Shown: positions 37,836 to 46,920, counted from the first letter of the stretch. The stretch is DNA of 64,000 nt from a bacterium (GCA_026708055.1 JAPOVS010000018.1:17799-81798), one strand, 5' to 3'. The notes: a model not told the origin generated them from the sequence alone. A program made the numbers and translations.

Positions 37836-39407
37836 TCAGGCCAGCGGGCCCGCCGCCTTGACCATGACCCGACATCCCTGGCCCGGTACGTAGGTCATCG
37901 GCACCTCGGTGACGGTGGTGATGCGGACACGATCTGGATCGGCGCCGGAACGCACCGCGGCGTTGGCGGCCAGCTCGCGGGCGTCGTCCAGGCACTCCTC
38001 CCGGCTGGAGGCGTCGTAGCTGTAGACGCGGTCCACCGAGCCGGAGGCCTCGGCGATGCCGGCGCCGTAGGCGTTGGCCACCGACTGGTGCCGGGGCCGG
38101 ATCACCTCCGATACCCCCGGGATCGCGTCGGGAATCAGGTGGGCGCCCCCGCCAACGGCCAGCAGAGGGAGCGGCGCCCGCGTGGACTTCATCCGGTCGC
38201 TCATGATCGAGATCTGCTCGTCGACCCAGCCGATGGCCGAGCGCACGAGGCCGCCGTCGACGCTCCGCACCAGTGCAGGATCGCCGAAGCCGGTCATCCG
38301 GCCGGCGGCGAGGGAGACGTCCGACAGCGTGAGCACCCCGCCGCCGACGCAGACCGCCTCGCTGGCGACCGCATAGCCGACCGAGTCCGGGCCGATGCGC
38401 AGGTCACCGGCTGCGTTGCGCACGATGGTCCCCCCGCCGAGGCCCATGGAGATGAGATCCGGCATGCGGAAGTTGGTCCGCACCCCGCCGACCTCCACCG
38501 CCGCGGAGGACTGCCTCGGGAAGCCGCCGACCAGGATGCCGGCGTCCGCGGACGTGCCGCCCACGTCGATGACGACGGCGTCGTTCACGCCGGCCAGAGC
38601 ACAGGCGCCGCGCATCGAGTTCGTGGGTCCCGACCCCAGGGTCAGGACCGGGTAGCGGCTCGCCTCGGCGGCCATCATCAGGGTGCCGTCGTTCTGGGTG
38701 AGGTAGGCGTCGACCTCGAGCCGGCGCTCGGCCAGGGCCTCCTGGAAGCCGCTGATCACACTCGTGGCCACGCTCAGCAACGCGGCGTTCAGGATCGTGG
38801 CGTTCTCCCGCTCAAGCAGCCCCAGCGAGCCGATCTCGTGGCTGAGCGAGACCGGGAAGTCGGCGCCCAGTTCTTCGAGCAGCACGTCCCGGGCGCGCAT
38901 CTCGTGCTCACTCGCGGCCGGACTGAACGCACCCGCCACCGCCACCGAACGGCACTCGGCGCGGACCGCCTCAGCGGCCAGTCGCCGCACCGCCTCGGTG
39001 TCCAGCGCGGCGATCTCCCGGCCGTTGTACTCGTGGCCGCCCTCGATGATGGAGGCGGCCCCGACCACCTCGGCGTGGATGTCCTCCGGCCAGGCGGCGC
39101 CCGGGCGGAGGCCCAGCGAGGACGGGGCGGCGAGGCGCAGCACGGCCACCCTGTCGAGGCCGCGCCTCTGGATGATGGCGTTGGCGGAGTGCGTCGTGCC
39201 GAGCATCGCCTTGGAGACGCGGGCACCGTCCAGATCAACCAGCACCTCGTCGAGGGCGGCCCTGATGCCGTCGATGGGCTCGGGGGTGGTAACGACCTTG
39301 ACCGCCGCCAGCACCTCGCCGGCCGCATCGATCACGACGGCGTCGGTGTTGGTCCCGCCGACGTCGACGCCGACGCGCAGATCCTGCTGGTTCGCCGCGC
39401 TGCTCAT
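37836..39407 (-). CDS. hydantoinase/oxoprolinase-family protein (HyuA-like, ~520 aa, no HyuB partner)
   Basis: ATG at 39407 forms an ATGA overlap with the upstream gene stop. ASKHA-type motifs VGVDVGGTNTDAVVID and VIDVGGTSAD. Confidence 0.75.
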   Translation of the reverse strand: MSSAANQQDLRVGVDVGGTNTDAVVIDAAGEVLAAVKVVTTPEPIDGIRAALDEVLVDLDGARVSKAMLGTTHSANAIIQRRGLDRVAVLRLAAPSSLGLRPGAAWPEDIHAEVVGAASIIEGGHEYNGREIAALDTEAVRRLAAEAVRAECRSVAVAGAFSPAASEHEMRARDVLLEELGADFPVSLSHEIGSLGLLERENATILNAALLSVATSVISGFQEALAERRLEVDAYLTQNDGTLMMAAEASRYPVLTLGSGPTNSMRGACALAGVNDAVVIDVGGTSADAGILVGGFPRQSSAAVEVGGVRTNFRMPDLISMGLGGGTIVRNAAGDLRIGPDSVGYAVASEAVCVGGGVLTLSDVSLAAGRMTGFGDPALVRSVDGGLVRSAIGWVDEQISIMSDRMKSTRAPLPLLAVGGGAHLIPDAIPGVSEVIRPRHQSVANAYGAGIAEASGSVDRVYSYDASSREECLDDARELAANAAVRSGADPDRVRITTVTEVPMTYVPGQGCRVMVKAAGPLA

Positions 39408-40492
39408 CGCGCCCGGCCCGGAAGCTCCACGAAGTCCACGTCGTAGCCGAATACCGGAGGCCCCACGAGTTCGAGCATCCCCGGCCTGTGCCATTCCGGC
39501 GCGCACGGCATGCCGATGACAACGACCCGGTTCCCGTAGGCCAGGTACTCCGTCGTGATCGGCTCGAACGTCTCGCAGTCCAGCAGGCAGATGAGGTTGG
39601 GGGTGGTGATCACGGCCTCGCCGTCCAGGAAGGCGATGAGGTTCTCGTTCTGCACCTCGATGCGCATGGTGCTGTCGCTGCCGTTCAGGTCCTCGAGGAT
39701 CGCCGTCGAGCGGGCGAAGCCTTCGGTGGTGCGACGGTCGAGGTCCACGACCTTGCCCCGGAAGAACTCCGCCGAGCCGGAGGCAGCGAGGAAGCGCTCC
39801 CAGGATCCCTCCTCGGCTCGCTTGACCGCCTCGAGCAGACCGCCGACCTCACTGCAGTAGGTCAGCGATCCAGCGATGCCGTGCTCGTCGAGCTGGGCGG
39901 CGGTCAACGGGTAGCAGCTGATGGCGTTGGCCAGGCCGAGCCTGATCACCGCGGCACGGGCCAGTGACTCGGCCACATGGTTGTCGGTGGTCTTGAAGAC
40001 GCACTGGTTGCCCTTCTCATCGGCGATCGACAGCGGGCTGGCCGGAACGCCCGCCAGTGTGAGGACCGTCATCTCGATCTGCGGGAAGGCCCGGCGCATG
40101 CCATCGGCGTTCACGATGGGCAGCCCCATCTCGGCGGCGGTGGCGATCGGCAGCAGCGTGTTCAGCCCACCCACCTCGATCGACATGATCGCCGCCGGCT
40201 CCTTGCCCAGGTAAGAGGCGAGCGCCTTGACCGACCCGACGTACTCGGTGCCCGCGGGGAGCTTCTCGAGGATCACCGTCGGCGCTCCGATCACAGCGGT
40301 CGAGAGCACCAGCGCTTCGGGCGGGAGATCGCCGGCATCCACTACCTGCACGGGACCCCAGGTCTCCAGGGCCTGCTGCACCACCAGCTTCGCCACATAC
40401 GGGTCGCCGCCCCCACCGGCGCCCAGCAGCGTCGCTCCGAGACACAGCGTCTCGATGTCGTCGTGGGTCAGGATGTCCATCGTCAGCGCCAA
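39404..40492 (-). CDS. DUF917-family protein
   Basis: N-terminal LGATLLGAGGGGDPY with the typical ~360-aa size. Tightly paired with the HyuA-like gene. Confidence 0.6.
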   Translation of the reverse strand: MALTMDILTHDDIETLCLGATLLGAGGGGDPYVAKLVVQQALETWGPVQVVDAGDLPPEALVLSTAVIGAPTVILEKLPAGTEYVGSVKALASYLGKEPAAIMSIEVGGLNTLLPIATAAEMGLPIVNADGMRRAFPQIEMTVLTLAGVPASPLSIADEKGNQCVFKTTDNHVAESLARAAVIRLGLANAISCYPLTAAQLDEHGIAGSLTYCSEVGGLLEAVKRAEEGSWERFLAASGSAEFFRGKVVDLDRRTTEGFARSTAILEDLNGSDSTMRIEVQNENLIAFLDGEAVITTPNLICLLDCETFEPITTEYLAYGNRVVVIGMPCAPEWHRPGMLELVGPPVFGYDVDFVELPGRAR

Positions 40493-40499
40493 GTCGCCC

Positions 40500-41273
40500 T
40501 CACCGCGGGTCGACGTTCAGCACCGGCTCGACTGCCGGGACCCACGCCAGCTCCCTCGGGGGCACGGCGTCGTAACCCCCCGCCCGGCTGGTCCGCCACT
40601 CGTGGTCGGCGCCGAGAGTGGCCAGGAACTCGGCGTACCGGAGCGGGGCGGTGATGGCGTCGATGACGGGAACCTCGATCTTGCGTTGCACCTCCCGGTA
40701 GAAGCCGAACTCGATGGTGCATCCGAGGATGACGGCGTCGGCCCTGTCCTCGGCGACGGCCGCCTCGGCCTCGGCCATGATCCGCTGCTGCGTGAATGCG
40801 GGATCGGCCTGGAAATCGTCCACGCTCATCTCCAGCACCCGGAACGACGCCAGGCGGTCGCCGAACCCGTACTTGACGACGTTCTCGTGCATCTCGGGAA
40901 TCCACTTCTTGCGGCCCACCAGGATGGAGATGCGCTCCCCGACCGTTGAGGCGACGTGCAGGCACGCCTCGGCGGGCGCCGTGACCGCCATCGGCCCCGA
41001 CAGCTCGCGGGCGCCGCGCAGGAACGGATCGTAGAAGCAGCCGATGACCGCGGCGGCGTAGCGACCGCCCTCCGCCGCCCAGCGGATCACGCCCATCGTG
41101 GGGCCGGCCACGACGGCCTCGAGGGCGTTCCACTCCAGGTGCTGCGGCCCGACGCCGGGTAGCGAGCAGACATCGACGCGCGTTCCCGGGGCCGCCTCGG
41201 AACGCAACTCGGCGCCGATCGGTGCGTCGTAGGCGTCGGTGCCCACGGGGTTGATCCAGAGAATTCGCGTCAT
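40500..41273 (-). CDS. Asp/Glu/hydantoin racemase-family protein
   Basis: N-terminal MTRILWINPVG. Conserved Cys regions VIGCFYDP and VILGCT. Confidence 0.7.
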   Translation of the reverse strand: MTRILWINPVGTDAYDAPIGAELRSEAAPGTRVDVCSLPGVGPQHLEWNALEAVVAGPTMGVIRWAAEGGRYAAAVIGCFYDPFLRGARELSGPMAVTAPAEACLHVASTVGERISILVGRKKWIPEMHENVVKYGFGDRLASFRVLEMSVDDFQADPAFTQQRIMAEAEAAVAEDRADAVILGCTIEFGFYREVQRKIEVPVIDAITAPLRYAEFLATLGADHEWRTSRAGGYDAVPPRELAWVPAVEPVLNVDPR

Positions 41274-41391
41274 TCCCGACCTCGGGGTGGTGGTGTTGGA
41301 GTAGGCCCGACTCTACGGTCGAGCCGCACTGTGCGGGCTAGGCAGATCGCACAGTGACCGGCCTGATGATATGCACGATGCGCTCGAAATA

Positions 41392-41689
41392 TCACTCCCG
41401 GCTCGAGTCCCGGACCAACTGGGCCGTCGCCAGGTCGGCGAGGGCGAACCCGGCGGACTTGAACAGCGTGATCTGCTCGGGCCGGGCGCGACCGGGTGAC
41501 GTCCCGAGACCAGGTCGGCGAGGCCGGCATCACCAGCAACGACCCCTGGGCTCCGTCCGGGAGCGCCAGGGCATGGACATGCCGTTCGGGAGCCAGGGCG
41601 CCGGGGTCGCCCAGCACCTCGGCGATGGCCTCCATCAGTTCCGGCCAGGGCGCGGCCGCCCGGACCGCGGCGGCATCGAAGACCTCCAC
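41392..41689 (-). pseudogene. ornithine cyclodeaminase/mu-crystallin-family remnant (N- and C-terminal fragments only, in different frames)
   Basis: The N-terminal fragment is VFDAAAVRAAAPWPELMEAIAEVLGD..SLLVMPA (frame of ORF 41270..41842). The C-terminal fragment is EQITLFKSAGFALADLATAQLV followed by a stop at 41392-41394 in another frame. About 230 internal codons are missing. Confidence 0.55.
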
Positions 41690-41896
41690 ACCCGCAGCCT
41701 CGCGCAGAGCGAGCCGCTCACCGTCGCATCCTCCCCGCCCGCCTCGCTGTCGACCGCCGCCGGGGCGTTGGTCTGAGTATCGTCGGCGCGGTCGGGGTGG
41801 CGGTGGCCGTGCGCAAGAATGTGACCCGGCGGTCGCGGGCAATACAGTTGGCGCCGCAACACCCGGAGGGAGACCCGCCGTGAGGGAGAAGCACTC

Positions 41897-42763
41897 GTGA
41901 GATACGTCGCACCCACATCGGTGGCGGAGGTGGTGGAACTGCTCGCCGGCGACCCCGACGCCCGCGTCTTCGCAGGAGCCACCGACCTCGTTCCCCAGAT
42001 GCGCGCCGGGCGGCCGGATCCCAGCGTCGCCATCGACGTCAAGAAGATCGCCCGGCTGATGGACGTGTCGCTCGACGACGGGACGTGGCGGATCGGCGCG
42101 GCGGCCCCGACGTCGGACCTGACCGCCAACGCCGCGCTCGCCGCCGACCTGCCCGGCCTCGTCTACGCCGGGGGTCTGATCGGGTCCGACCAGATCCAGA
42201 ACCGGGCGAGCCTCGGCGGCAATCTCTGCAACGCCTCACCGGCCGCCGACTCCGTGCCGGCCCTCATCGTCAACGGCGCCCGCGCCGTGATCGCCGGGCC
42301 CGGCGGCGAGCGCACCGCAGCGGTCGTCGACGTCCCGACAGGTCCCGGGCGGACCTCCCTGGCCGCCGGCGAGTTCGTCGTGGAATTCGAGATCGACCGG
42401 CCGCCCCCCCGGACCTCCGACGCCTACCTGCGCCTGATCCCGCGCACCGAGATGGACATCGCCGTCGTCGGCGCCGCGGCGCGCATCGCCCTCGACCCCG
42501 ACGGCAACTGCACCGATGCGGTGATCGCGTTGGGCGCGGTGGCGCCGACGGTCGTGCTGGTACCGGCGGCCACCGAGGCACTCGTGGGAGGGCCGATCAG
42601 CGACGGCGTCCTGGCCACGGTCGCGGCCGCCTGCGCCGACGCCGCCAGCCCCATCGACGACAAGCGCGGCACGATCACCTACCGGCGGCAGGTGGCGGGT
42701 GTGCTCGCCAAGCGAGCCGTCCTGGAAGCGGCCGGACGGGCCGGGAACGGAGGTGGGCGGTGA
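41897..42763 (+). CDS. xanthine dehydrogenase-family FAD-binding subunit (CoxM-like)
   Basis: Motifs FAGATDLVPQMR and IQNRASLGGNLCNASPAADS. Confidence 0.8.
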   Translation: MRYVAPTSVAEVVELLAGDPDARVFAGATDLVPQMRAGRPDPSVAIDVKKIARLMDVSLDDGTWRIGAAAPTSDLTANAALAADLPGLVYAGGLIGSDQIQNRASLGGNLCNASPAADSVPALIVNGARAVIAGPGGERTAAVVDVPTGPGRTSLAAGEFVVEFEIDRPPPRTSDAYLRLIPRTEMDIAVVGAAARIALDPDGNCTDAVIALGAVAPTVVLVPAATEALVGGPISDGVLATVAAACADAASPIDDKRGTITYRRQVAGVLAKRAVLEAAGRAGNGGGR

Positions 42764-43254
42764 GCCGCACCCATGTGAGCTGCAACATCAACGGCGACGA
42801 CGTCGAGTTCCTGTGCGACGCCGGTGAGTCCCTGCTGGATGCGCTGCGCGACGAGGTGCGCCTCATGGGCGCCAAGGAGGGCTGCGGCACCGGCGACTGC
42901 GGCGCCTGCTCGATCATCATGGACGGCCGGCTGCAGTGTTCGTGCCTCGTCTTCGCCCCCGAGGCCGACGGCGCCACGATCGTCACCGTCGAGGGCATCG
43001 CCGCCGGCGACGACCTGCACCCGCTGCAGCAGTGCTTCCTGGAGGGGGCCGCCCTGCAGTGCGGCATCTGCACGCCGGGCTTCCTGGTGGCGGCCAAGGC
43101 GCTGCTGGACCACAACCCCGACCCGACCGAGACCGAGGTGCGCTACGGCCTGGCGGGCAACCTGTGCCGCTGCACGGGATACGACAAGATCGTCCGCTCG
43201 GTGCTGGCAGCCGCAGCCGTCATGCAGCAGGAGAAGGAGGAGGTGGCGGGATGA
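42760..43254 (+). CDS. (2Fe-2S)-binding small subunit of molybdo-hydroxylase (CoxS-like)
   Basis: GTG at 42760 forms a GTGA overlap. Cluster motifs GCGTGDCGACS and CGICTPGF..CRCTGY. Confidence 0.85.
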   Translation: MSRTHVSCNINGDDVEFLCDAGESLLDALRDEVRLMGAKEGCGTGDCGACSIIMDGRLQCSCLVFAPEADGATIVTVEGIAAGDDLHPLQQCFLEGAALQCGICTPGFLVAAKALLDHNPDPTETEVRYGLAGNLCRCTGYDKIVRSVLAAAAVMQQEKEEVAG

Positions 43255-45503
43255 CCATCACGGAGCAACGACCGACCTACCGCTACGTCGGCACGCGCCC
43301 GGTGCGCCACGACGGCCTCGAGAAGGTCGTCGGCAAGGCCCGCTTCGCGGCCGATCTGGTGCTGCCGGGCATGCTGCACGGCCACATCCTGCGCTCGCCG
43401 CACGCCCACGCCCGGATCGTCTCCATCGACACTTCGAAGGCCGCGGCCATGCCCGGCGTGCGGGCGATCATCACAGGCGCGGACTTCCCCGACCTCCCCG
43501 CCGACGACCCCGAGCGGAACACGACGCGCAACCTCATGGCCCGTGACAAAGTGCTGTACGAGGGCCACGCCGTCGCCGCCGTGGCGGCTTCCACGCGCCG
43601 CCAGGCCAGGGACGCGGCAGAGGCCATCGAGGTCACCTACGAGGTACTCCCCCACGTCCTCGACATCCTCGGGGCGATGGCGCCCGATGCGCCACTGCTG
43701 CACGACGACATCATCACCACCGGCGTCGACCCCGCACCGAGTGAGCCCTCCAACGTCGCCAACCGCACCTGCTACGAGCGCGGCGACGTGGAGGAGGCGC
43801 TCGCCGCAGCCGACGTCGTCGTGGAGGGCGAGTTCATCACCAAGGCGGTCCACCAGGGCTACATCGAGCCGCACGCCTGTGTGGCCGACACGGGCCAGGA
43901 CGGCAAGACGGTCATCTGGTGCTCCTCGCAGGGGCACTTCCGGGTGCGCTCGCAGACTGCCGCCATGCTGGGCTGGGACACGTCGCGCATCAAGGTGATC
44001 CCGGCGGAGATCGGCGGCGGCTTCGGCGGCAAGACCACCATCTACCTGGAGCCGCTGGCCGTGGAACTGTCGGCCCGGGCGGGACGCCCGGTCAAGCTGG
44101 TGATGACCCGTGACGAGGTGTTCCGGGCGACCGGCCCGACGCCGGGCTCGGTGATACGGGTCACGCTGGGCGCCACGAACGACGGCAGGATCACCGCGGC
44201 CAAGGCCTGGCTGGCCTACGAGAGCGGCGCCTTCCCGGGCCCCTGGGCGATGCTGGGCTGCATGTGCGTCGTGACGCCCTACAACGTGGGAGATTTCCTG
44301 ATCGAAGGCTTCGAGGTCGTCCTGAACAAGCCCGTGAACGTCGCCTACCGGGCCCCGTCGGCGCCGATGGCCGCCTTCGCCACCGACACACTCGTGGACG
44401 AACTGGCTCGGCGCCTGGACATGGACCCCATCGACCTGCGTCTCCTGAACTGTCCCGGCGAGGGCGACCGGGCACCCTACGGCCCGAAGTGGTCCGCGAT
44501 CGGGCTGCAGGAGTGCCTGGAGGCCATCCGCGACAGCGAGCACTACCGCAGCGAACCGGCGCCCGGCCGCGGACGCGGCGTGGCCAGCGGGTTCTGGTTC
44601 AACATCGGCGAGGCGTCCAGCGCCACGGTGAACCTGAACGAGAACGGCACCGCGACCGTCGTGACCGGCAGCCCCGACATTGGCGGCAGCCGGGCCTCCA
44701 TGGCGCTGATGGCCGCCGAGGAGCTGGGGATCGACGTGCATTCCATCCAGCCGGTGGTGGGTGACACGGAGGTGGTGGGCTTCACCGACGTCACCGAGGG
44801 CAGCCGCGCCACGTTCGCCACCGGCATGGCCGTCGTGGAGGCCTGCCGTGACTTGAAGGGCCAGCTTCGGGGACGCGCCGCCCGGATGTGGGAATGCGAC
44901 GTCGACGAAGTGGAATGGGCTGACGGTCAGGCCACGCACAGCGGCGGCGAGCACGATCCGCTGGCGCTGGCCGCCATCACCGCCGAGGCGGGCCGCACCG
45001 GCGGGCCCCTTGGAGCCACCGCCTCGCTCAACGCCCGGGGCGCCGGTCCCGCTTTCTCGGCACAGGTGACCGACGTATCGGTCGACGACGAGACCGGCCG
45101 GGTGACCGTGGAGCGCTACACGACCGCTCAGGACGCCGGTACCGCCATCCACCCCGACTACGTCGAGGGCCAGATGCAGGGCGGCGTGGTACAGGGCATC
45201 GGCTGGGCCCTGAACGAGGAGTACATCCACGACGCCGACGGCGTCATGGAGAACCCCGGATTCCTGGACTACCGCATCCCTGTGGCGTCGGACCTGCCGA
45301 TGATCGAGACCATCATCGTGGAGGTGCCCAACCCGAACCACCCGTACGGCGTGCGCGGTGTGGGCGAGGTCGGCATCGTGCCACCGATACCGGCCCTCGC
45401 CAACGCCATCCACGACGCCGTCGGCGTGCGCATCCGCGAGCTCCCGATGTCGCCGCCGCGGGTGCTAGCGGCGATCACCTCCGGCAACGGCGACGGGGGC
45501 TGA
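43251..45503 (+). CDS. molybdopterin-binding large subunit of xanthine dehydrogenase/aldehyde oxidase family
   Basis: ATG at 43251 forms an ATGA overlap. Motifs GKARFAADL, GGGFGGK and RGVGE. Confidence 0.85.
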   Translation: MTITEQRPTYRYVGTRPVRHDGLEKVVGKARFAADLVLPGMLHGHILRSPHAHARIVSIDTSKAAAMPGVRAIITGADFPDLPADDPERNTTRNLMARDKVLYEGHAVAAVAASTRRQARDAAEAIEVTYEVLPHVLDILGAMAPDAPLLHDDIITTGVDPAPSEPSNVANRTCYERGDVEEALAAADVVVEGEFITKAVHQGYIEPHACVADTGQDGKTVIWCSSQGHFRVRSQTAAMLGWDTSRIKVIPAEIGGGFGGKTTIYLEPLAVELSARAGRPVKLVMTRDEVFRATGPTPGSVIRVTLGATNDGRITAAKAWLAYESGAFPGPWAMLGCMCVVTPYNVGDFLIEGFEVVLNKPVNVAYRAPSAPMAAFATDTLVDELARRLDMDPIDLRLLNCPGEGDRAPYGPKWSAIGLQECLEAIRDSEHYRSEPAPGRGRGVASGFWFNIGEASSATVNLNENGTATVVTGSPDIGGSRASMALMAAEELGIDVHSIQPVVGDTEVVGFTDVTEGSRATFATGMAVVEACRDLKGQLRGRAARMWECDVDEVEWADGQATHSGGEHDPLALAAITAEAGRTGGPLGATASLNARGAGPAFSAQVTDVSVDDETGRVTVERYTTAQDAGTAIHPDYVEGQMQGGVVQGIGWALNEEYIHDADGVMENPGFLDYRIPVASDLPMIETIIVEVPNPNHPYGVRGVGEVGIVPPIPALANAIHDAVGVRIRELPMSPPRVLAAITSGNGDGG

Positions 45504-45754
45504 TGGCGCACGTCCACTTCAGCTCCAACCAGCGCCGTCTCACCGGCGGCGTGGCGCAGGCGGAGGTGGAGGCCGCCACGGTGCGGGAACTGCTGCGCAA
45601 GCTGGAGGAGATGTTCCCGGGGATCCGGGCACACCTCGACGCCACCTCCGCCACGGCGATCGCAATCGACGGCGACATCATCCCCGACCCGGTGTACGAA
45701 CCGGTTCCGCCCGACGCCGAGGTGCACTTCATCACACCGCTCGCCGGCGGCTGA
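45503..45754 (+). CDS. MoaD/ThiS-family beta-grasp sulfur-carrier-like protein (C-terminal Gly-Gly)
   Basis: 83-aa product that ends ...DAEVHFITPLAGG. The start ATG shares 1 nt with the large-subunit stop (TGATG). Confidence 0.65.
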   Translation: MAHVHFSSNQRRLTGGVAQAEVEAATVRELLRKLEEMFPGIRAHLDATSATAIAIDGDIIPDPVYEPVPPDAEVHFITPLAGG

Positions 45755-45867
45755 GGAGGGCTCCCCTCGCGGTCGCCCGGTCGGGGGCGGCGGTGGCCGT
45801 CGTCGGGAGCGTCTGGCGAAATCGCTCCGCCGGCCGGCCCCCGGCGCCCTCTCCCTCGCGGGGTGGC

Positions 45868-46920
45868 TCAACCGCCGGTATCGGTGGCCGGGTCTCCCGG
45901 TGACACGGAGGTCAGGGTCTCGCCCCGGTCGAGGCGCACGACCCGGCGGTCGGTGACGATGGCCGTGATGAGTTCCGCCGGGGTGACGTCGAATGCGGGG
46001 TTGAGGGCCCCGGTGCCCTCGGGGGTGATCGGCGTGCCGCGGACGTTCACGACCTCGTCGGCTCCGCGGTCCTCGATCCGGATGGCGTCGCCCGACGGGG
46101 TGTCCATGTCGACTGTTGACTCGGGCGCCACGACCACGAACGGGACCGAGGCGTAGCGCGCTGCCAGCGCCAGGGAGAACGTGCCGATCTTGTTGGCGGT
46201 GTCGCCGTTGGCGGCGATGCGATCGGCGCCGGTGAGGACGACATCGGCCATGCCCCGGGACAGCAAGGCCGGGCCGGCGGCATCGACGATCACGCGGTAG
46301 GGGGCGCCCATGCGCTCGAGCTCCCAGGCCGTCAGCCGGGCGCCCTGCAGCAGCGGGCGGGTCTCGGTGGCGATCGCCAGCGCCAGGCGTCCCTGCTCGT
46401 GGATCGTACGGATCACACCCAAGGCGGTGCCCCGCCCGGCAGCGGCGAGCCCACCGGTGTTGCAGATCGTAAGCGCCGTCACGGCGTCGGGCTCGGTCAC
46501 CAACTCCTCGACGAGCGCCGCCCCGCGGCGACCCATCGACAACGAGGCGGCAACCTCTTCGTCCCGCACGGCGAGCGCCTCTTCCAGCAGGGCCTCGGGG
46601 CCGTCGAGGGCGCGCGCCGCCACGCGGTCGACCATCCGGGCGAGGTTCACGGCGGTGGGGCGAGCCGTGCGGATCGACTCCACCGCCTCCTGGAACTCGT
46701 CGGTCCCAGCACCGTGCTGCCGGGCAGCGAGAACCACCCCGAAGCCGCCCGCCACGCCGATCACCGGGGCACCCCGCACCGCCAGGCACCGGATGGCGTC
46801 GACGAGATCCGCAACATCGTCGACCTCCAGAATCTCGTAGGCATCGGGCAGCCGGGTCTGATCGACCATCAGGATGCGGTCGTCCGCCCAGTCCAGGCTC
46901 CGCTCACCCAGATCCTGCAT
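45868..46920 (-). CDS. mtnA: S-methyl-5-thioribose-1-phosphate isomerase (eIF-2B alpha/beta/delta family)
   Basis: ATG at 46920 inside ORF 45868..47160. Motifs ILMVDQTRLP, VRGAPVIGVAG and GADRIAANGDTANKIGT. Confidence 0.8.
   Translation of the reverse strand: MQDLGERSLDWADDRILMVDQTRLPDAYEILEVDDVADLVDAIRCLAVRGAPVIGVAGGFGVVLAARQHGAGTDEFQEAVESIRTARPTAVNLARMVDRVAARALDGPEALLEEALAVRDEEVAASLSMGRRGAALVEELVTEPDAVTALTICNTGGLAAAGRGTALGVIRTIHEQGRLALAIATETRPLLQGARLTAWELERMGAPYRVIVDAAGPALLSRGMADVVLTGADRIAANGDTANKIGTFSLALAARYASVPFVVVAPESTVDMDTPSGDAIRIEDRGADEVVNVRGTPITPEGTGALNPAFDVTPAELITAIVTDRRVVRLDRGETLTSVSPGDPATDTGG

Noticed and set aside
41760-41896. Possible molybdenum-cofactor riboswitch upstream of the molybdo-hydroxylase operon.
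   Set aside because: I could not recognise the conserved Moco-motif helices or loops by eye. The region is better explained as decayed OCD gene DNA plus an RBS (GAGGGAG). A covariance-model scan would be needed.
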